Shown here: one piece after another, positions 47,705 through 51,287 of the stretch
How the letters are laid out: each line of letters starts with the position of its first letter
Position numbering within the stretch: the stretch's first letter is position 1
NCBI GenBank assembly: GCA_020536535.1
Contig: JAHLWZ010000907.1
Location: 1-51,287, forward strand
Direction: 5' to 3'
DNA: 51,287 nucleotides
From: Pelomyxa schiedti
Lineage: Eukaryota > Protista > Evosea
Notes under the pieces: generated by a model
Databases searched by the model: none
The model's input: the letters and a program-made list of their open reading frames with translations, nothing else
What the model was told of the DNA's origin: nothing
Made by a program: the position numbers and the translations under genes

Positions 47705-48872
47705 ATGACAGAGACGACGTCAGCGACACCGGAGACCAAGATCGAGCCGACGACAACGGAGCCCAACGCGACACCCGCAAATACAACTACCACCACAACC
47801 GAAGGATCTACGCAGTCCACCACGTCAATTACCGCCACTGCATCTGCATCTGCTCCCGAATCTGCGCCCGCAACGACTACAACTTCATCGCCTGCCTCTA
47901 CCACTGATGCTACGTTCACGCCGCCCGTGAAGCAGTGGAAAACGACGTCGGAGTTGGCGTTGGTGTCCAAGAACAAGATCGCCGGGTTCATAAAGCAATG
48001 GGCCACCGACGAATTTTTGGTGACCAAGGGCCTGGATGGATCCATTACCTCCATTGTGAAAAATGTACCTGAAACAAAGTTGAAGGCTGCCTATTTGTAT
48101 GCTCTAACTTTCTTCCCTTTTGTTGGTTGGTGACTTGAACTGACGTTATTTAACAACCACAAACTTTCTTCTGTCATAGTGACCTATTCACTTCACAAGC
48201 TTGGCGCAAGCCCGGCAGCGCCCCAGCCACAAAGCCGGCAACCACCAAGCCAGCCGCCAAGACAGTTGAACCACAGCACGCTGCCACACCAACAACTGCA
48301 ACCACCAAGCCTACTACAGCTGCAAAATCGACTGCTGCAGCAACTCCGGCTGCGAAAACTGCCGCTGCTGCACCTGCGGAGAAGAAGCTCTTTACAAAAT
48401 CCGTAAGTTTCCAGCAATCCCAATTTCGATTTTTAACAAACAAACAGGTGACGAAACGAGGGGATTCCAAAAACGTTGCAAACAAGGGTGACATGATTTC
48501 AATGAGGTACACAGGTTCCTTTGTTGATGGTAAGATTTTCGACTCAAATTCTGGCAAGAATGACAAGCCGCTAAAGTTCAAACTTGGAAGTGGTGAGTTT
48601 CTGACATTCCTTTTCCACTCTCAATTATATTCAGGAAGAGTGATTCGTGGATGGGATGAAGGCATTATTGGTACACTAACAACACCAAGCATCAACACAA
48701 CTTAAAACCCATCAATAACAACTCTCACATAGGTATGTGCGTTGGAGAGAAAGCCAGATTGGAGATTGAGCCGGCCTGGGCTTACGGGAAAAAGGGAGTA
48801 CCGGATGCTAAGATTCCCATCCCACCCAACACCAAGCTCGTATTTGAGATTGAGTTGGTTGCCATTGACTAA
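47705..48872 (+). CDS. FKBP3: FKBP25-like peptidyl-prolyl isomerase (N-terminal helical bundle plus FKBP domain)
   Basis: VSKNKIAGFIKQWATDEFLVTKGLDGSITSIVK...AAY resembles the FKBP25 helical bundle. FKBP domain: KGDMISMRYTG...FDS...VIRGWDEG...GEKARLEIEPAWAYGKKG.PDAKI..PPNTKLVFEIELVAID*. Confidence 0.88.
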
Positions 48873-49424
48873 AACAACCACCATATGTGGCCGGCCCTCT
48901 AGTAACCCCTAGTTGAGGTACCTCACTCCTTTACTTCTCCCCTCACTCACCAATTACATGCATGGACTAGTTTACCGCAAGCTACCATGGTCCAATCAAC
49001 ATCCCTGAAGAAGGTCATAAGGTCAAAAAGGAACCTGTAATACCTAAAACAAATGTTCCACCCCAACTGCAAACGGTGCTTTATTTTTTTCTTGCATAGT
49101 AGAGGTTATGTTGTTTCCAAGTGGTGTACATACAAGAAGAGCCAACTGGGATGCTAACATCTTCCCCATGCAGTTGTGGTGCCAGTGTCTTAATCAAAAT
49201 AGGGGGAACATCAAACAAACCGGGAAACCAACTGAGTTTTCAATCTACGAAAGGGCCTACACGAACGACATTAGGGTAACCAACGGTTGTTGTTCGTTGT
49301 CACGTTAATTTACTGGTAATGTACAGTTGACTTGGAACCCAAATACACCAGCCGGCAGATTCAATTCACGAGGAGAGGGGGGGGTGTTTGTTTGTGGTAG
49401 TGAGTGATTGTCAGAGCGCGAACA

Positions 49425-51287
49425 ATGCAACAGAACTCTGGAAGTGAATCCTCAGCAAACAGCGCGGCCACGTCATCAGCACCCACGTTGGTGTCTGATT
49501 TGAATGCTGCTGGTGGCATCCCATCATCGCGTTCCGCTGCAGCTGATGCGCGCGGAACTTCATCAGCTCCAGTGCCCGCTCCTTTTAAGCCAAATGACAT
49601 TGGCATGTTTCATTTTGATGATTGATTCCCTTTTGCCACACTGACCTCTTTTTTTTCCTTTTCCCCCCTGTTTGATATGCAGAGGATTTGAGTGATATTG
49701 TTAGACTGAGGGAATTGTTGAGGCAAGAAAGAAGAATCAAGGAATACCTCAGCATGGTTGGTGTTAATTACTCCCCTGGGTGGTACTTAACTGCAAGTAG
49801 CTGAGTCAATCTGCAACCTCATTGGATTCCACTATGAAGTCTTTCATAGATATGTTGAAACAAGACACGGTATATCGTTTTCCTGGGCCATTAACTGCTC
49901 CTAATTCCTTAAGGGGTGTGCAACCATTGGAATTAGACTTGCAGATCAAGGCACTGGTGACTTTCCCTACTACTATCACGAAGGTTACTCGACGGAATTC
50001 CTAAGGTATTAGAATGTTACTCCATTCACCAAGTTGATTGATCCATAGGAAGGAAAATTCCCTTGTGAGGTGCATGGAAGGGAAAAGAGTACTCTCAGAA
50101 GGTATACTATTCACACCCATTCTATGGTAACTTACACTTCAAGGAACTTCGAAGTACCCATATGCACTCGACTGCCAGTATGTCACTCTCCACCACAAAA
50201 ATTTTCCCTCTAATCACAACCTAGGTGTGGGAATGTGATTCTTGGGATTAACGACCCCACCAAACCTTGGTATACAAAGAAGGGCTCGTTTGCAACAAAC
50301 GATCTACCAAATAACGTGGCACCACGGTTTCCCGAGGTTTGGAAGAGGTATTTTTATGTGCAAAAAAGGTAATAATTATCTACCAGGTGGAGAACACAGC
50401 TTGTCCAATACGTGGGCTTTGCCTCAAGGAAGGTTTTGTATCTCTTATGATGTCGCAGATTAAAGTAGATGGAATGGCATTTGGTCTTATTCAGGTAGTT
50501 AAAAATATCATTTCCACTGTGCCAAGACTCTAAAAAAGATTGCTGATAAAACTGCCAATCGCTTGCCTCCAGGTGTTATTGAACTTGTGGAAATGCTGTC
50601 TGATGCAGTGGGTGGTGCTCTAAAGAAAACAAGTGAATATGTATTGCGCAAACAAGCTCTCCTTAAGTTGACTGCTGCTGTATGTCTCACAGCGTGGTTT
50701 TCCAACTCACTCATTCCAGTTGAGCTTATGCCCACCGGGAGCATATAAACCTGCACACCCTAATACTGACTTAAGTGAAACTCCACTTCTGGTTTGGACT
50801 CTTCTACATAGTTTTTTTTTAACTCCGGAAAGAAATCTGTTTCTCCCGAAGTCGGAGAGATCCTCACCAATTTCGGACTGAGCCAGTATGTTCCACTGTT
50901 TGACGCTAAAAAAGTCACTACATTTGACCTCTTCTACCGCTTCAGGTGAGCCGTTTTAGTGCTGGATCTCCCTAACTTCTATTACCAAGTGAAAAAGTAG
51001 TCCCAGTTGGTATCTCACCTCTATCGTTGGAGAAGCTCAGGCTGAGTCTGTCGTGTTTTGTATTCAACCAAATACTGGATGACGTGTTAGCAAACGAAGT
51101 AATTGGAAAAGGAGCATATGGAGTGGTAACTTAAACTATGCTTTTCCTTATTTTCCAATCTCACTATAGGTTTATCGTGGCTGCTGGCAAGGTACTACAG
51201 CAGTAGCAATAAAGCAAGTAAATAAAGCGTGTAACATAAACCAACTGAGGCAGGAGGCAGCCATTTTGAACTCTCTGAACCACCCAA
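49425..51287 (+). CDS. Tyrosine-kinase-like protein kinase with SAM-like domain, truncated by the window end
   Basis: VGEILTNFGLSQYVPLF (SAM-like), then EVIGKGAYGVVYRGCWQGTTAVAIKQ...LRQEAAILNSLNHP (kinase subdomains I-IV). The upstream coiled-coil and Cys-rich exons are assigned tentatively. Confidence 0.75.

Noticed and set aside
1-51287. CRISPR array, rRNA, prokaryotic operon or alternative genetic code
   Set aside because: No repeat-spacer array or rRNA motifs are visible. The genes are spliced and use TAA, TAG and TGA as stops.

Overview
This is gene-dense eukaryotic nuclear DNA in the standard genetic code, with many short (about 37-120 nt) spliceosomal introns and A-rich start contexts. 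Gene content and a lineage-expanded 'SQFxxLxxLxHPRCGRG...WDWVL' family suggest an amoebozoan, possibly a Pelomyxa-like archamoeba; this is my inference, not verified. In order, the window holds: a Churchill zinc-binding protein, an F-BAR protein, a 100-N gap with duplicated flanks, a papain-family protease, three tandem intronless paralogs of an unnamed family, a SAPS/PP6R subunit, a NAP/SET histone chaperone, PPIP5K/Vip1, CCDC12/Cwf18, a receptor-type class III adenylate cyclase, a small coiled-coil gene missed by the ORF track, a rearranged region of nested inverted duplications (25.3-29.2 kb), a C2-like protein, a VIT-vWA-TPR-DUF2135 protein, a multi-PH Ste20 kinase, GRP94, an FKBP25-like PPIase and a truncated SAM+TKL kinase. 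The top lead is the bacterial-architecture VIT/vWA/TPR/DUF2135 gene, which is intron-rich and carries six RNA Pol II CTD-like heptads plus an RS domain in its linker. All gene models and family calls were made by eye from recalled motifs, so exon limits are approximate. I saw no rRNA, tRNA, CRISPR array or transposase.
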